Assembly (NCBI GenBank): GCA_964370545.1
Contig: CAYJJQ010000001.1
Coordinates: forward strand, 25,605 to 89,604
DNA from: an uncultured Muribaculaceae bacterium
GTDB lineage: Bacteria; Bacillota_I; Bacilli_A; RF39; UBA660
Direction: 5' to 3'
DNA length: 64,000 nucleotides
In this document: piece by piece, positions 1-9,621 of the stretch
Layout: each line of letters starts with the position of its first letter
Position numbering within the stretch: position 1 is the first letter of the stretch
Made by a program: the position numbers and the translations under genes
The notes under the pieces: generated by a model
What the model was told of the DNA's origin: nothing
Databases searched by the model: none
The model's input: the letters and a program-made list of their open reading frames with translations, nothing else

Positions 1-118
1 TTCTTGTTTCTTTTTCATTAATTCTAATGACATATTTCTCATGTATATGCGAAATAGAAGAGTTTTTATACACATGTTCTTTTACCATATCTAGTTTTTG
101 TTCTATAGTTAATTTCAT
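1..118 (-). CDS. N-terminal fragment of an HTH transposase-like protein (IS3-family OrfA-like); gene runs past the window start
   Basis: Minus-strand ATG at 118-116 translates to MKLTIEQKLDMVKEHVYKNSSISHIHEKYVIRINEKETR..., which resembles IS3/IS150 OrfA helix-turn-helix N-termini. It is truncated by the window edge and lies next to a tRNA gene. Confidence 0.3.
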   Translation of the reverse strand, partial: MKLTIEQKLDMVKEHVYKNSSISHIHEKYVIRINEKETR

Positions 119-204
119 AATAAAAATGGCCCCTTTCAGTTGATTAGTTATATTTTTATTATACAACTAATTTTCCAACTTTTGGAAGCCATTTCATTTC
201 CCTA

Positions 205-279
205 TGGAGCAAGTGAGGAGAATCGAACTCCCATCTCAGCCTTGGCAAGGCCGCATATTAACCATTATACTACACCTGC
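205..279 (-). tRNA. tRNA-Gly (anticodon GCC)
   Basis: The reverse complement GCAGGTGTAGTATAATGGTTAATATGCGGCCTTGCCAAGGCTGAGATGGGAGTTCGATTCTCCTCACTTGCTCCA folds as a cloverleaf. It has a 7-bp acceptor stem, D-arm, anticodon stem CGGCC/GGCTG, loop TTGCCAA with anticodon GCC, T-loop TTCGATT, discriminator U and an encoded CCA. Confidence 0.85.
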
Positions 280-322
280 GTACATAAATTTTATCAAATA
301 CTGATAAATTAATCAAGGCTAA

Positions 323-351
323 TTGAAAAAATATTATTTTTTTGTTATAAT
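323..351 (+). promoter_or_regulatory. sigma-A-type promoter (TTGAAA-17 nt-TATAAT) upstream of the LtaS-like gene
   Basis: TTGAAA at 323-328 and TATAAT at 346-351 with 17-nt spacing, about 20 nt upstream of the 373 start. Confidence 0.45.
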
Positions 352-372
352 ACTATCATCGAGAAGGTTGCG

Positions 373-2409
373 ATGAAAAAGATTTTGTTGAAAAATTTTA
401 AAAAATTTAAAAGAGACTTTGTCTCTTATATTTTAACTAGTAGACTTTTTGTAACTTACACACTGTTGGCAGTTGTATGTACAATGTTTTCTAGATTTTT
501 GCCTTTGGGAGAATTTTTTACATTAAGATCAATATTAATGAACACTGGAATTATACTTATATTTGGGGCATTTGGTTATTTTGTTAAACCAGAAAAACGT
601 TTTGTTTACTATTTAACTTGGTTAATTATTTATGCTATAATCGGGTTTGTAAATAATATATACTATATATTCTTTTCGAATTTTGCTTCTTTTGGTGATC
701 TGGCTACTGCTGGGCAAGCAGGTGAAGTAGCAGGTTCCTTATTTGATAGGTTTTCACCAAAAGATTTTGTGTTTTTAATTTTTCCAATACTATTTTACAT
801 ATATCATAAGAAGTTAAAATCTACTGCATATTATAACTACATTAGTAAAATTGAAAGAAGTAATAAAACTTTTAATACTATTATAATTACTGGTATTATT
901 TGTATGGGAATAGCTTGTGCATTTTCTAATGGAGCTGATTTTAGTAGACTTAGAAATCAATGGAATAGACAATCTAATGTCAATTCTTTTGGAATACTAT
1001 TTTATCAAATTAATGATTTAGTGCAAACAATGATTCCTAAATTTTCAGCATTATTCGGTTATGAGGACGCAAAGGAATTATTTGATAGTTATTATGAAGA
1101 TTATGAACCTAATACTAATAATGAATACACTGGTATATTTGAAGATAAAAATATTGTATTTATTCACATGGAAAGTATTCAAAGTTTTTTATTAGATATG
1201 TCATATAATGGTAAAGAAGTAACTCCTAGAATTAATCAACTTGCTGAAGAGGGGATGTATTTTTCAAACTTTTATCCTCAAGTTTCAACAGGAAACTCAG
1301 CTGATTCTGAGTTTACTTTACTATCTAGTTTTTATCCAGCTTCAACTGGTACTATATTTGTAAATTACTATGATAGATATTATAACACCATGCCACAAGT
1401 TTTAAGTGAGCGAGGTTATACTACATTTAGTATGCATGGTAATAATATTTCCATGTGGAATAGAAATAATGCACATCCAGCATTAGGTTACCAAGAAATG
1501 TATTTTGAAAATGAATATGTATTTGAAGATACTGATAAAATAGGGTTAGGAATTAATGATTCGCTATTTTTAAAACAATCACTAGATTATTTAACAGATA
1601 TAGAAAATAAAAGTACAAATTATATGGGGTCTATTATTACTCTTACAAACCATTCTCCATTTTATGATGTTTCTCAGTTTGCTGAACTAGATCTATCAGA
1701 GGAAGTAATGTTAGAAAATGAAGATGGTGAAATGGAACTTACGACAGTTGATTATTTAAGTGAATTAGCTATAGGAAGGTATTTAAAATCTAGTCATTAT
1801 GCTGATCAAACAATAGGAGAGTTTATTGATTATATAAATGAATCTCCTAACTTTAATGATACTATATTTATATTCTATGGAGATCATGATGCAAGATTTT
1901 CTCAACAAGATTATAATTTCTTAATTAATTATGATCCATTAACTGGTGAATTAAAAGACGAATTAGATGAAACATATATTCAGTATGATGCATTTGATCA
2001 CTTGATTGCTAAAAAAACTCCATTAATAATTTGGACTAAAGATACTGACCTAAGAGAAAAAATAAATGGTACATTTGATTATCCAATAGGTATGATTGAT
2101 GTATACCCAACATTATTTAATATGATGGGACTTGAAAATAAATATGCTCTAGGTAAAGATATATTTAATATTAAAAGTGATAACTATGTAATATTTCCTA
2201 ATGCAAGTTTTTTAACTAGTGAAATATATTATAATAACTCTACAGGTGAATATAAAGCTCTTAAAGAAGATGTTATTCTTAGTGAAGATTATATAACATA
2301 TTATAGCGAAATTGCTAATACTGAATTAAGAGTATCAAATGCTGTTGTTACTCATGATTTAATATATGATATATTATATGGAAGAAAAGATGAAGAGGTA
2401 GTAGAATGA
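373..2409 (+). CDS. LtaS-like lipoteichoic acid synthase / phosphoglycerol transferase (membrane-anchored sulfatase-family enzyme)
   Basis: 678 aa with five N-terminal TM helices followed by an extracellular alkaline-phosphatase/sulfatase-like domain (FIHMESIQSF..., GNSADSEFT..., YGDHD). Starts an operon with the next two genes. Confidence 0.6.
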   Translation: MKKILLKNFKKFKRDFVSYILTSRLFVTYTLLAVVCTMFSRFLPLGEFFTLRSILMNTGIILIFGAFGYFVKPEKRFVYYLTWLIIYAIIGFVNNIYYIFFSNFASFGDLATAGQAGEVAGSLFDRFSPKDFVFLIFPILFYIYHKKLKSTAYYNYISKIERSNKTFNTIIITGIICMGIACAFSNGADFSRLRNQWNRQSNVNSFGILFYQINDLVQTMIPKFSALFGYEDAKELFDSYYEDYEPNTNNEYTGIFEDKNIVFIHMESIQSFLLDMSYNGKEVTPRINQLAEEGMYFSNFYPQVSTGNSADSEFTLLSSFYPASTGTIFVNYYDRYYNTMPQVLSERGYTTFSMHGNNISMWNRNNAHPALGYQEMYFENEYVFEDTDKIGLGINDSLFLKQSLDYLTDIENKSTNYMGSIITLTNHSPFYDVSQFAELDLSEEVMLENEDGEMELTTVDYLSELAIGRYLKSSHYADQTIGEFIDYINESPNFNDTIFIFYGDHDARFSQQDYNFLINYDPLTGELKDELDETYIQYDAFDHLIAKKTPLIIWTKDTDLREKINGTFDYPIGMIDVYPTLFNMMGLENKYALGKDIFNIKSDNYVIFPNASFLTSEIYYNNSTGEYKALKEDVILSEDYITYYSEIANTELRVSNAVVTHDLIYDILYGRKDEEVVE

Positions 2410-3008
2410 AAAAAAGATATCAAGTAATTCTAATATTTATCTTCATAATTATATTAGCGTTATTAGTATTTTCTTTAATTAATTCTGTTTTATCTACTAA
2501 CGTAGATGAAATTATTGTATTAGATGAAATTGAAGGATATAATTACAAACTTGAAGATAGAGATACTTCATTATATGAAAATCACTTTTATATACTAGAA
2601 GACATATTATTATCAGAAGAAATAAATTATGAACTATATGCAAAAGAAATTGCTATGTTATATATAATTGATTTATATACAATTGATAATAAAAATTCTA
2701 AGTACGATATTGGTGGTACTGAATTTGTATTACCTGAATATACTAATGATTACAATAACAAAGTATCTGATACATTATATAAATATGTTAATCATGTGGA
2801 TTTTAATGAAATTCCGATTGTTAGTAGTGTATCAGTGGATAAAGTAGAAGAGTCTACTTACTTATTAAATGAAGAAGAATATTCTAGTTATGTTTTAGAT
2901 GTATCATGGGAATATGAAAAAGATTATGGTTATGAAAAACAAAACGAAATAGTTATCATTAACATGGATAATAAATTATATATTGTTGAAACAGGCCAAG
3001 AGGAATAA
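2406..3008 (+). CDS. hypothetical membrane-anchored protein
   Basis: 200 aa with an N-terminal TM helix. Start overlaps the upstream stop (ATGA) and ends 1 nt before the LCP gene. No recognisable motif. Confidence 0.4.
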   Translation: MKKRYQVILIFIFIIILALLVFSLINSVLSTNVDEIIVLDEIEGYNYKLEDRDTSLYENHFYILEDILLSEEINYELYAKEIAMLYIIDLYTIDNKNSKYDIGGTEFVLPEYTNDYNNKVSDTLYKYVNHVDFNEIPIVSSVSVDKVEESTYLLNEEEYSSYVLDVSWEYEKDYGYEKQNEIVIINMDNKLYIVETGQEE

Positions 3009-4868
3009 ATGAAAAAAATAATTAGAAAACTTTCAAAAAGAAATAAAGCTGTCTTAATATTTTTTGGAATAACAATAGTTTCTTATATTGTTAGTTTTTC
3101 TATGTTTACAAAAAATGTGATGGGATTTACTGGGGTAGAAAATTTAGTTAGATATACCATATTAATATTTTTTGCATTTTACTTAATAATATATTTTTTT
3201 GTAGGAATATTTAGTATTATTAATAGAAAATATAAGAAAACTATTTTACTTTCTATTCTAGCACTTTTCTTTGTTGCAATATTTGTAACAGCCGTGTATT
3301 TTACAAATATACTTTTTGATGGATTATCAGGATTCGGTAGTGAAAAAGAAACGTCATATACTGCTAATCTTATTACATTAACTGGTCATGAATTAGTATC
3401 TAGCGATACTATTGGAATGATTGAAAATGATGAAGATATTGAAGGAAATGTTTTAGCAGTTAAATTATTAGAAGAAAATAATTTAGAAAATAAAATTATT
3501 TATTATACAACTTATGAAGAAATCTTAGTTGCGCTATATAATAAAGAAATAGGTGGAGCATTTTTACCGAATAATTATATAAGTATATTTAGTGCAGAAG
3601 AAGTATATTCTATGATATCAACAGAAACAATAGTAATTCATTCATATACTGAAAAAGTTAAAAATGAAAGTATTAGCGATAGTTCTAAAGGTTTCACAGA
3701 ACCGTTAACATTTTTATTTATTGGTGTAGATTCAACTGCAACAAAAATGGATGCTAATGCTGCATTTAATGGAGATACATTAATGGTAGTTACTTTTGAT
3801 CCAGAAACATTAAATACTACTATGGTTAGTATACCAAGAGATACTGTAGTACCAATAGCTTGTCAAGGTAATGCATATAATAAGATAAATTCATCAGCAG
3901 TATATGGAACTGAATGTGTAATAGATACTATTGAAAATTTAGTAGAAGTTCCAATAGATTATTATGTAAAAATAAATTTTCATGGTTTAGTAGATTTAGT
4001 TGAAGCAATAGGTGGAATAGAAGTTGATGTTGAAAAACCAACATATAATACTTATGGTGATTATAAAGTTTGTGAAGAAAATTCAGATAGAAAAAGCGGT
4101 AGTAGTTTAGTGTGTATGAATTATGGATTACAAACACTTGATGGAGAGCAAGCACTAGCGTATTCTCGTAATAGAAAGCAATATGCAAGTTCTGATTTAG
4201 CCCGCAATATACATCAACAACAAGTAGTAGAAGCTATTGTTAATAAACTAATGACCGTTAGTAGTATAGAACAAGCTGAATCTGTTTTTGATGCTATTAG
4301 TGATAACATAGTTACTAATATAGATACTGATCAAATATTTTCAGCATATGACATATTAAAAGAAATGGTGCTAGTAAGTAACGGTAATAAAATTAATCTG
4401 GAAAAATTATATTTAGAAACATATAATTTAAACTTTTATTTACCTAGTGCTAAAGCAATAAGAGCAGGTCTTGGATATTATCAAGATTCTCTTGATGATA
4501 TAATTGGTGCCATGAAAATTAATTTAAATATAGAAAAACCTGTAATACAAAAAGAATTTAGTTTTTCAGTTAACGAACCTTACGAATTAAATGTACCTGG
4601 ATCAGAATTGAAAAATGAACCAACACTTTCAGTATTATCTAGTTTTATAGGGAAAACTGAAAGTGATGCAACAACATATTGTAATCAGCAAGGATTTAAT
4701 TGTACATTTACAATTGTTGATTCTACTAGTGAAAAATATAATATAAATATAGCAGGAGGTTTAATAGGCAGTCAAAGCATGCCAACAGGATCTTTATTAC
4801 ACACAGTTAGTAACATTACATTTTATATAAATGGTCAAATAATAAATGAAGGATTACCCACAGAGTAA
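3009..4868 (+). CDS. LytR-CpsA-Psr (LCP) family cell-wall glycopolymer transferase with a C-terminal PASTA-like domain
   Basis: Several N-terminal TM helices. LCP core motifs are present: FLFIGVDS, DTLMVVTFDP, SIPRDT, KINFHGLVDLVEAIGGIEV, GEQALAYSRNRK. The C-terminus (GFNCTFTIVDSTSEKYNINIAGGLIGSQS) is PASTA-like. RBS GAGGA precedes the start. Confidence 0.65.
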   Translation: MKKIIRKLSKRNKAVLIFFGITIVSYIVSFSMFTKNVMGFTGVENLVRYTILIFFAFYLIIYFFVGIFSIINRKYKKTILLSILALFFVAIFVTAVYFTNILFDGLSGFGSEKETSYTANLITLTGHELVSSDTIGMIENDEDIEGNVLAVKLLEENNLENKIIYYTTYEEILVALYNKEIGGAFLPNNYISIFSAEEVYSMISTETIVIHSYTEKVKNESISDSSKGFTEPLTFLFIGVDSTATKMDANAAFNGDTLMVVTFDPETLNTTMVSIPRDTVVPIACQGNAYNKINSSAVYGTECVIDTIENLVEVPIDYYVKINFHGLVDLVEAIGGIEVDVEKPTYNTYGDYKVCEENSDRKSGSSLVCMNYGLQTLDGEQALAYSRNRKQYASSDLARNIHQQQVVEAIVNKLMTVSSIEQAESVFDAISDNIVTNIDTDQIFSAYDILKEMVLVSNGNKINLEKLYLETYNLNFYLPSAKAIRAGLGYYQDSLDDIIGAMKINLNIEKPVIQKEFSFSVNEPYELNVPGSELKNEPTLSVLSSFIGKTESDATTYCNQQGFNCTFTIVDSTSEKYNINIAGGLIGSQSMPTGSLLHTVSNITFYINGQIINEGLPTE

Positions 4869-4872
4869 TCCT

Positions 4873-5313
4873 TCATTTTTTCTTTTTATAATTAGTTTTT
4901 TTTGTTTTTTTTCTTTTCTTTTTAGTACTTTTCTTTTTGTTATTGGAAGTATTTTTATTTTTATTAGAAGAATTTGTTGTTTCTGGTTTAGCATTAGTAT
5001 TTTTCTTTTTCGTAACAGATGATTTTTGTATACCTTTTTTTACACTAACTGCTTTTTTCTTCGCAGGCTTTTTCAATTTAAATTTAACTAGATATACATT
5101 TATGATATCAGCTATATTCTTTTTCTTTTTAATAGATTTCTTTTTAACGTTTATTGCTTTAGTTTCTTTAGTAACAACTTTTTCTTTTTTATTTATAGTT
5201 TCTTTGTTACCCGGTTTAAATACCATGAATAAAATAAGTGAAATAAATGTTAACAAATAAATTAATATAAGTGATATAAATATCCAATCAATTGTATCTA
5301 ATGTTTTGTTCAT
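4873..5313 (-). CDS. hypothetical membrane-anchored, extremely lysine-rich low-complexity protein
   Basis: GGAGA RBS then ATG gives MNKTLDTIDW... (the track ORF begins 12 nt upstream at a TTG). One TM helix is followed by a K/T/N-rich tail. The coding strand carries two A8 homopolymer runs (plus-strand T8 at 4896-4903 and 4905-4912). Confidence 0.4.
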   Translation of the reverse strand: MNKTLDTIDWIFISLILIYLLTFISLILFMVFKPGNKETINKKEKVVTKETKAINVKKKSIKKKKNIADIINVYLVKFKLKKPAKKKAVSVKKGIQKSSVTKKKNTNAKPETTNSSNKNKNTSNNKKKSTKKKRKKTKKTNYKKKK

Positions 5314-5458
5314 AATAATCTCCAAGATTATTATATTATAAACTTTTTGAAAAAACTAGTAGTTACTTTACACTTTTGATATTTATTAACAATAATTGTT
5401 AAACATAATTTAAATAAAAATGATATAATGATAGTGAGTAACTATACAAGGAGGTAAA

Positions 5459-7174
5459 ATGAAAAAAATATTATATATAATTTCTACATTAATATGTTTT
5501 TTTATGTTTGCTTCTAATGTATCAGCTGAAGTTTATAAAGTAAGAATAATTGAAAGTTATGCTAACATGAGACCGACGGCATCTACTGATGGAAAAATTG
5601 TTGAAGTATTAGAACAAGGTACTGTACATACACTTATTTCTCCTATTCCTGAAAATAATTATTATAAAATAATAAGTGCTAGTGGAAAAGAAGGCTATGT
5701 GCATGAAAATTATAGTATACAATATTTAGCGTCTGAAAATGAAACGCCTGTAACAGCATGTGAAAAATCCTTATATGAAAAAGGATTTACAGAACCATCT
5801 TATTGGCCATATTTATGCTTTTTAGAGGAAGTTCATCCAACTTGGGTATTTACACCTTTAATCACTAATTTAGATTTTGAAGATGCAGTAAAAGCTGAAA
5901 GTGCTTGTGGAACTAGTGCTACATCAAAAACAGGAAGTTACATTGACACAAGTTGCCCAAATAATTTTGCTAAAGGATGGTATCCTGCATCTCAAACAGC
6001 TGTAGCATATTACATGGATCCAAGAAATTTTTTAAATGAAAATTATATATTTCAATTCGAGCGAGTTAGTTATGATGATCGAATTGGAGATAGTTATCCT
6101 GCTATGGTTGATAATATGTTGGAAAATGCATCTTTTTATACATATCATAAAGATAAAGGTTTAAACTTATCAACAGTTATTAATGATGTAGGAAAAAATG
6201 AATCTATAAAAACCAGTCCTGTATTTATAGCAGCAAGAATGTTGCAAGAACTAGGTTCCTCAACTACCTTGTTTTCATTATATAGTGGTGTATACACAGA
6301 TGATGATTATGGTGATAAATATGTAGGCTATTTTAATTTTTATAACTGGGGAGTATCAGATACTTGTGTAGATGCTTATGGAACTGCATATTGCGGTCTT
6401 AGCACTGCTATGAGATATGAATGGAATACTGCTGAAAAAGCAATACTAGGTGGAGTCAATTCTATCGCTATCAATTATATTAACGCAAACCAAGATACAT
6501 TATATTTACAAAAATATAATGTAATGCCTGAGCTTCCAAATGAATTATATGCTCATCAGTATATGACTAATATTCATGCTCCATCAAGCGAAGGAAAAAT
6601 TATGTCAGGGGTCTATAATAGTGCAGGATTCTTAGATAATTCTTTTGAATTCTTTATACCTGTATATAATAATATGGGTGCTGAAATAACTAATGAAGGT
6701 AGCGGAGGCTCTGGTGATGAAGATGATGATCTTACTACGCTTGATATAAATACAATTATTACTAATTCTGGATATCTTAGAGATAATGGTTATTTAACGA
6801 AAATAGCTATAGGAAGTGATATTGCTAATATTATTTCTAATATAGAAAGTGCTGCAGGTAAGGGAAATGTTAGTGCCACTGATGTAGATGGAAATATAAA
6901 AACTGAAGGTATAGCGAAAACTGGAGATAAAATAACTGTGAAAAATACAACCGAAAGCATTACCATAACAATTATAATTTATGGTGATACATCAGGAGAT
7001 GGTTTAGTTAACGCACTTGATTTATTACAAGTTCAAAAACAAATATTAGGTTCATATAATTTAACTGGTATTTATGCAGAAGCAGGGGATACTTCTAAAG
7101 AAGGTAAGATTGATGCTTTAGATTTATTACAAATACAAAAACAAATATTAGGTTCATATACAATTATTCAATAA
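5459..7174 (+). CDS. secreted peptidoglycan hydrolase: SH3b domain + GH73-like glucosaminidase region + C-terminal type I dockerin
   Basis: Strong RBS AGGAGG and a signal peptide. SH3b-like N-terminus (YKVRIIESYANMRP...GYVHENY). Central region resembles mannosyl-glycoprotein endo-beta-N-acetylglucosaminidase (SPVFIAARMLQELGSS). C-terminus has two dockerin Ca-binding repeats: GDTSGDGLVNALDLLQVQKQILG and GDTSKEGKIDALDLLQIQKQILG. Confidence 0.55.
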   Translation: MKKILYIISTLICFFMFASNVSAEVYKVRIIESYANMRPTASTDGKIVEVLEQGTVHTLISPIPENNYYKIISASGKEGYVHENYSIQYLASENETPVTACEKSLYEKGFTEPSYWPYLCFLEEVHPTWVFTPLITNLDFEDAVKAESACGTSATSKTGSYIDTSCPNNFAKGWYPASQTAVAYYMDPRNFLNENYIFQFERVSYDDRIGDSYPAMVDNMLENASFYTYHKDKGLNLSTVINDVGKNESIKTSPVFIAARMLQELGSSTTLFSLYSGVYTDDDYGDKYVGYFNFYNWGVSDTCVDAYGTAYCGLSTAMRYEWNTAEKAILGGVNSIAINYINANQDTLYLQKYNVMPELPNELYAHQYMTNIHAPSSEGKIMSGVYNSAGFLDNSFEFFIPVYNNMGAEITNEGSGGSGDEDDDLTTLDINTIITNSGYLRDNGYLTKIAIGSDIANIISNIESAAGKGNVSATDVDGNIKTEGIAKTGDKITVKNTTESITITIIIYGDTSGDGLVNALDLLQVQKQILGSYNLTGIYAEAGDTSKEGKIDALDLLQIQKQILGSYTIIQ

Positions 7175-7185
7175 AAAGGAGTAAC

Positions 7186-8511
7186 ATGAAAAAAATAAAA
7201 TTAATATTATTAATAGCAATTAGTATTATTTTGATACCATATGAAGTAAATGCGGCTACTGCATCAATTTCTGTGTCATCTTCTAGCACTATTGCTCTTG
7301 GAAATACTGTAACAGTAACAGTTAAACTTTCAAGTTCAACTAAAATAGGATCTTGGGAAATGCTTCTTAACTATGATAGTAGTTATTTAAAATTAACTAG
7401 TGCTACGAGTGAAGAAAAAGGAGTTAAAATGGCCTCAGTATCTCCGACGGGAGTTACTTCTAAAACCTATACATTTAAGTTTAAAACTTTAAAAACAGGT
7501 TCTACTAAAATAAGTGTACCTAGTTATTTAGCATATGAATTTGAAGGTTTAACAAAGATGACTGTATCTTCAGGTTCTAAAACAATAACAATCAAAACTC
7601 AAGCTGATATTGAAGCAAGTTATTCAAAGGATAATGATTTAAAAGCTTTTAGTGTTGAGGGATATACTTTAAATCAAGAATTTAATAAAGATACTTTAGA
7701 ATATTCAGTAGATGTACCTGAGGGAACAGAAAAAGTAAATATTATAGCTACAAAAAATCATTCTCAAGCAACAGTATCAGGATCTGGAGAAGTTGAGGTA
7801 TCGCCTGGAGCTAATGTATTTGAAATATTAGTAAGAGCACAAAATGGTAGTGAACAAATATATAAATTAACTGTTAATGTAATTGATCAAAATCCAATTA
7901 ACGTAAAAGTAGATAATGTTAATTATACAGTAGTTAAATTAAGAGAAAGTTTAACTATGCCAGTTACATTTACAGAAACAACGGTTACTATTAATGAGTT
8001 TGAAATACCAGCATTTTATAATGAAAAATTAAAATATACGCTAGTAGGTTTAAAAGATGAATCCGGTAATATTTCATTACATATTTATGATCAAGAAAAA
8101 AAATCTTATGAATTATATAATGAAATATTATTTAATGGAATTTCACTTTTAGTAAGTGAACCCAAAGGTGAAATACCAAACGGATATACTAAGTATACTG
8201 AAACAATATTAGAAAATGAATTAACGGTATATAAAATATCAAAAGATTCTAGAACAGCATTAATTTATGGAACTAATGTGTTAACAGGAGAAGAAGGATA
8301 TTATATTATAGATACTAAAGATAATAGTATAACTATTTATGATGATGAATATATAGTAGCATTAGAAGAAAAAAATGAATTATTTATGTATATTATACTA
8401 GGATTTTCTGGAATATTATTTATACTATTTATAATTATTATTAAATTATTAAGCTCTAAGAAAAATTCTAAAAAGAAAAAAAGAGTTAAAGCTGATGAAA
8501 TTAACTATTAA
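7186..8511 (+). CDS. membrane-anchored cohesin-domain protein with a cadherin-like beta-sandwich domain
   Basis: Signal peptide. The N-terminal ~130 aa match the type I cohesin pattern (ISVSSSSTIALGNTVTVTVKLSSSTKIGSWEMLLNYDSSYLKLTS). A cadherin-like domain follows (DLKAFSVEGYTLNQEFNKDTLEYSV). C-terminal TM helix plus KKNSKKKKR stop-transfer. Confidence 0.5.
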   Translation: MKKIKLILLIAISIILIPYEVNAATASISVSSSSTIALGNTVTVTVKLSSSTKIGSWEMLLNYDSSYLKLTSATSEEKGVKMASVSPTGVTSKTYTFKFKTLKTGSTKISVPSYLAYEFEGLTKMTVSSGSKTITIKTQADIEASYSKDNDLKAFSVEGYTLNQEFNKDTLEYSVDVPEGTEKVNIIATKNHSQATVSGSGEVEVSPGANVFEILVRAQNGSEQIYKLTVNVIDQNPINVKVDNVNYTVVKLRESLTMPVTFTETTVTINEFEIPAFYNEKLKYTLVGLKDESGNISLHIYDQEKKSYELYNEILFNGISLLVSEPKGEIPNGYTKYTETILENELTVYKISKDSRTALIYGTNVLTGEEGYYIIDTKDNSITIYDDEYIVALEEKNELFMYIILGFSGILFILFIIIIKLLSSKKNSKKKKRVKADEINY

Positions 8512-9586
8512 TGAAAAAATAGGACAATTATTTATAGTTGGAATTAAAGAAAAAGGGGATATTGAAAAGGTTATTAATTTAATAACTAGTTTTCATATTG
8601 GTGGAGTAATATTATATAAAACTGCTTATGATAATTATATTGAAATGATAGAATTAATAAATAAGCTAAAAACTGCTAATAAAGATAATAAGCTACCGTT
8701 GTTTATATCCATTGATCAAGAAAATGGAAGAGTAAATAGATTTCCTAAAGATATCAATATCATAAGAAATGCAGAGAGTATTGGGAAGTGTAATAATAAT
8801 ACAATAATTAATTCTGCAAGGTTAACCGCAAAATTATTAAGTGATTCGGGTATTAATATGAACTTTGCTCCCACATTAGATTTAAATAGATATAAAAATA
8901 ATAAAGTTATAGGAAATAGGTCTTATGGTAGAGATCCTGAAAAAGTAAGCTCAATAGGAAATATAATTATAAATGAGAATATTAACAATAATATATTGTC
9001 AGTAATCAAGCATTTTCCAGGACATGGTATAGTAAAAACTGATACTCATATATTTTTACCAATAATTAATAAAAGTTCATATAAAATAGTTATGCAGGAA
9101 GATATTATTCCATTTAAAAATAACATAAAAGATAAGTGTGAGGCAATAATGGTAGGGCATTTTTTAGTGCCATCTATAGCTGGGTTAACTCCAACTTCAT
9201 TATCTAAAAATTTTGTGGATAATGAAATTAGAAAAAAATATAATTTTGAAGGGTTGATAATTACAGATAGTTTATCAATGGGTAGCGTTAGATATAGATG
9301 GGGAAAGACTGGTACTGCAATTAAAGCAATTAATGTTGGAATGGATATACTTACAGTAAAATATTATAATGGTATAGAAAAAACTCTATATAAAATAAAT
9401 GACTTAGTTAATAACAATTATATAGATGAAAAGTCAATAAATAAATCAATAAAAAGGATAGCTTTTATAAAGAAGAAATATAATATAAATGATAAACAAA
9501 TAACCGGTATTTCTAATTTAGATTCAATTAATAATGAGATCAATGCATTAAACCAAGAAATTGAGAATCAAATTGACAAAATGTAA
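8495..9586 (+). CDS. glycoside hydrolase family 3 beta-N-acetylhexosaminidase (NagZ-like)
   Basis: GH3 N-terminal motifs KIGQLFIVG, KHFPGHG and DSLSMG. Overlaps the upstream gene by 17 nt. Confidence 0.65.
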   Translation: MKLTINEKIGQLFIVGIKEKGDIEKVINLITSFHIGGVILYKTAYDNYIEMIELINKLKTANKDNKLPLFISIDQENGRVNRFPKDINIIRNAESIGKCNNNTIINSARLTAKLLSDSGINMNFAPTLDLNRYKNNKVIGNRSYGRDPEKVSSIGNIIINENINNNILSVIKHFPGHGIVKTDTHIFLPIINKSSYKIVMQEDIIPFKNNIKDKCEAIMVGHFLVPSIAGLTPTSLSKNFVDNEIRKKYNFEGLIITDSLSMGSVRYRWGKTGTAIKAINVGMDILTVKYYNGIEKTLYKINDLVNNNYIDEKSINKSIKRIAFIKKKYNINDKQITGISNLDSINNEINALNQEIENQIDKM

Positions 9587-9621
9587 CAAATATGTTATAA
9601 TTCTTATATCAGGGGGATATG

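Noticed and set aside
3928-4188. 86-aa minus-strand ORF inside the LCP gene
   Set aside because: Lies entirely within a well-supported + strand CDS, has no RBS and a Leu/His/Phe/Asn-rich composition typical of antisense frames in AT-rich DNA.
4937-5260. 107-aa + strand Phe-rich ORF
   Set aside because: Antisense shadow of the lysine-rich minus-strand gene (AAA read as TTT gives Phe).
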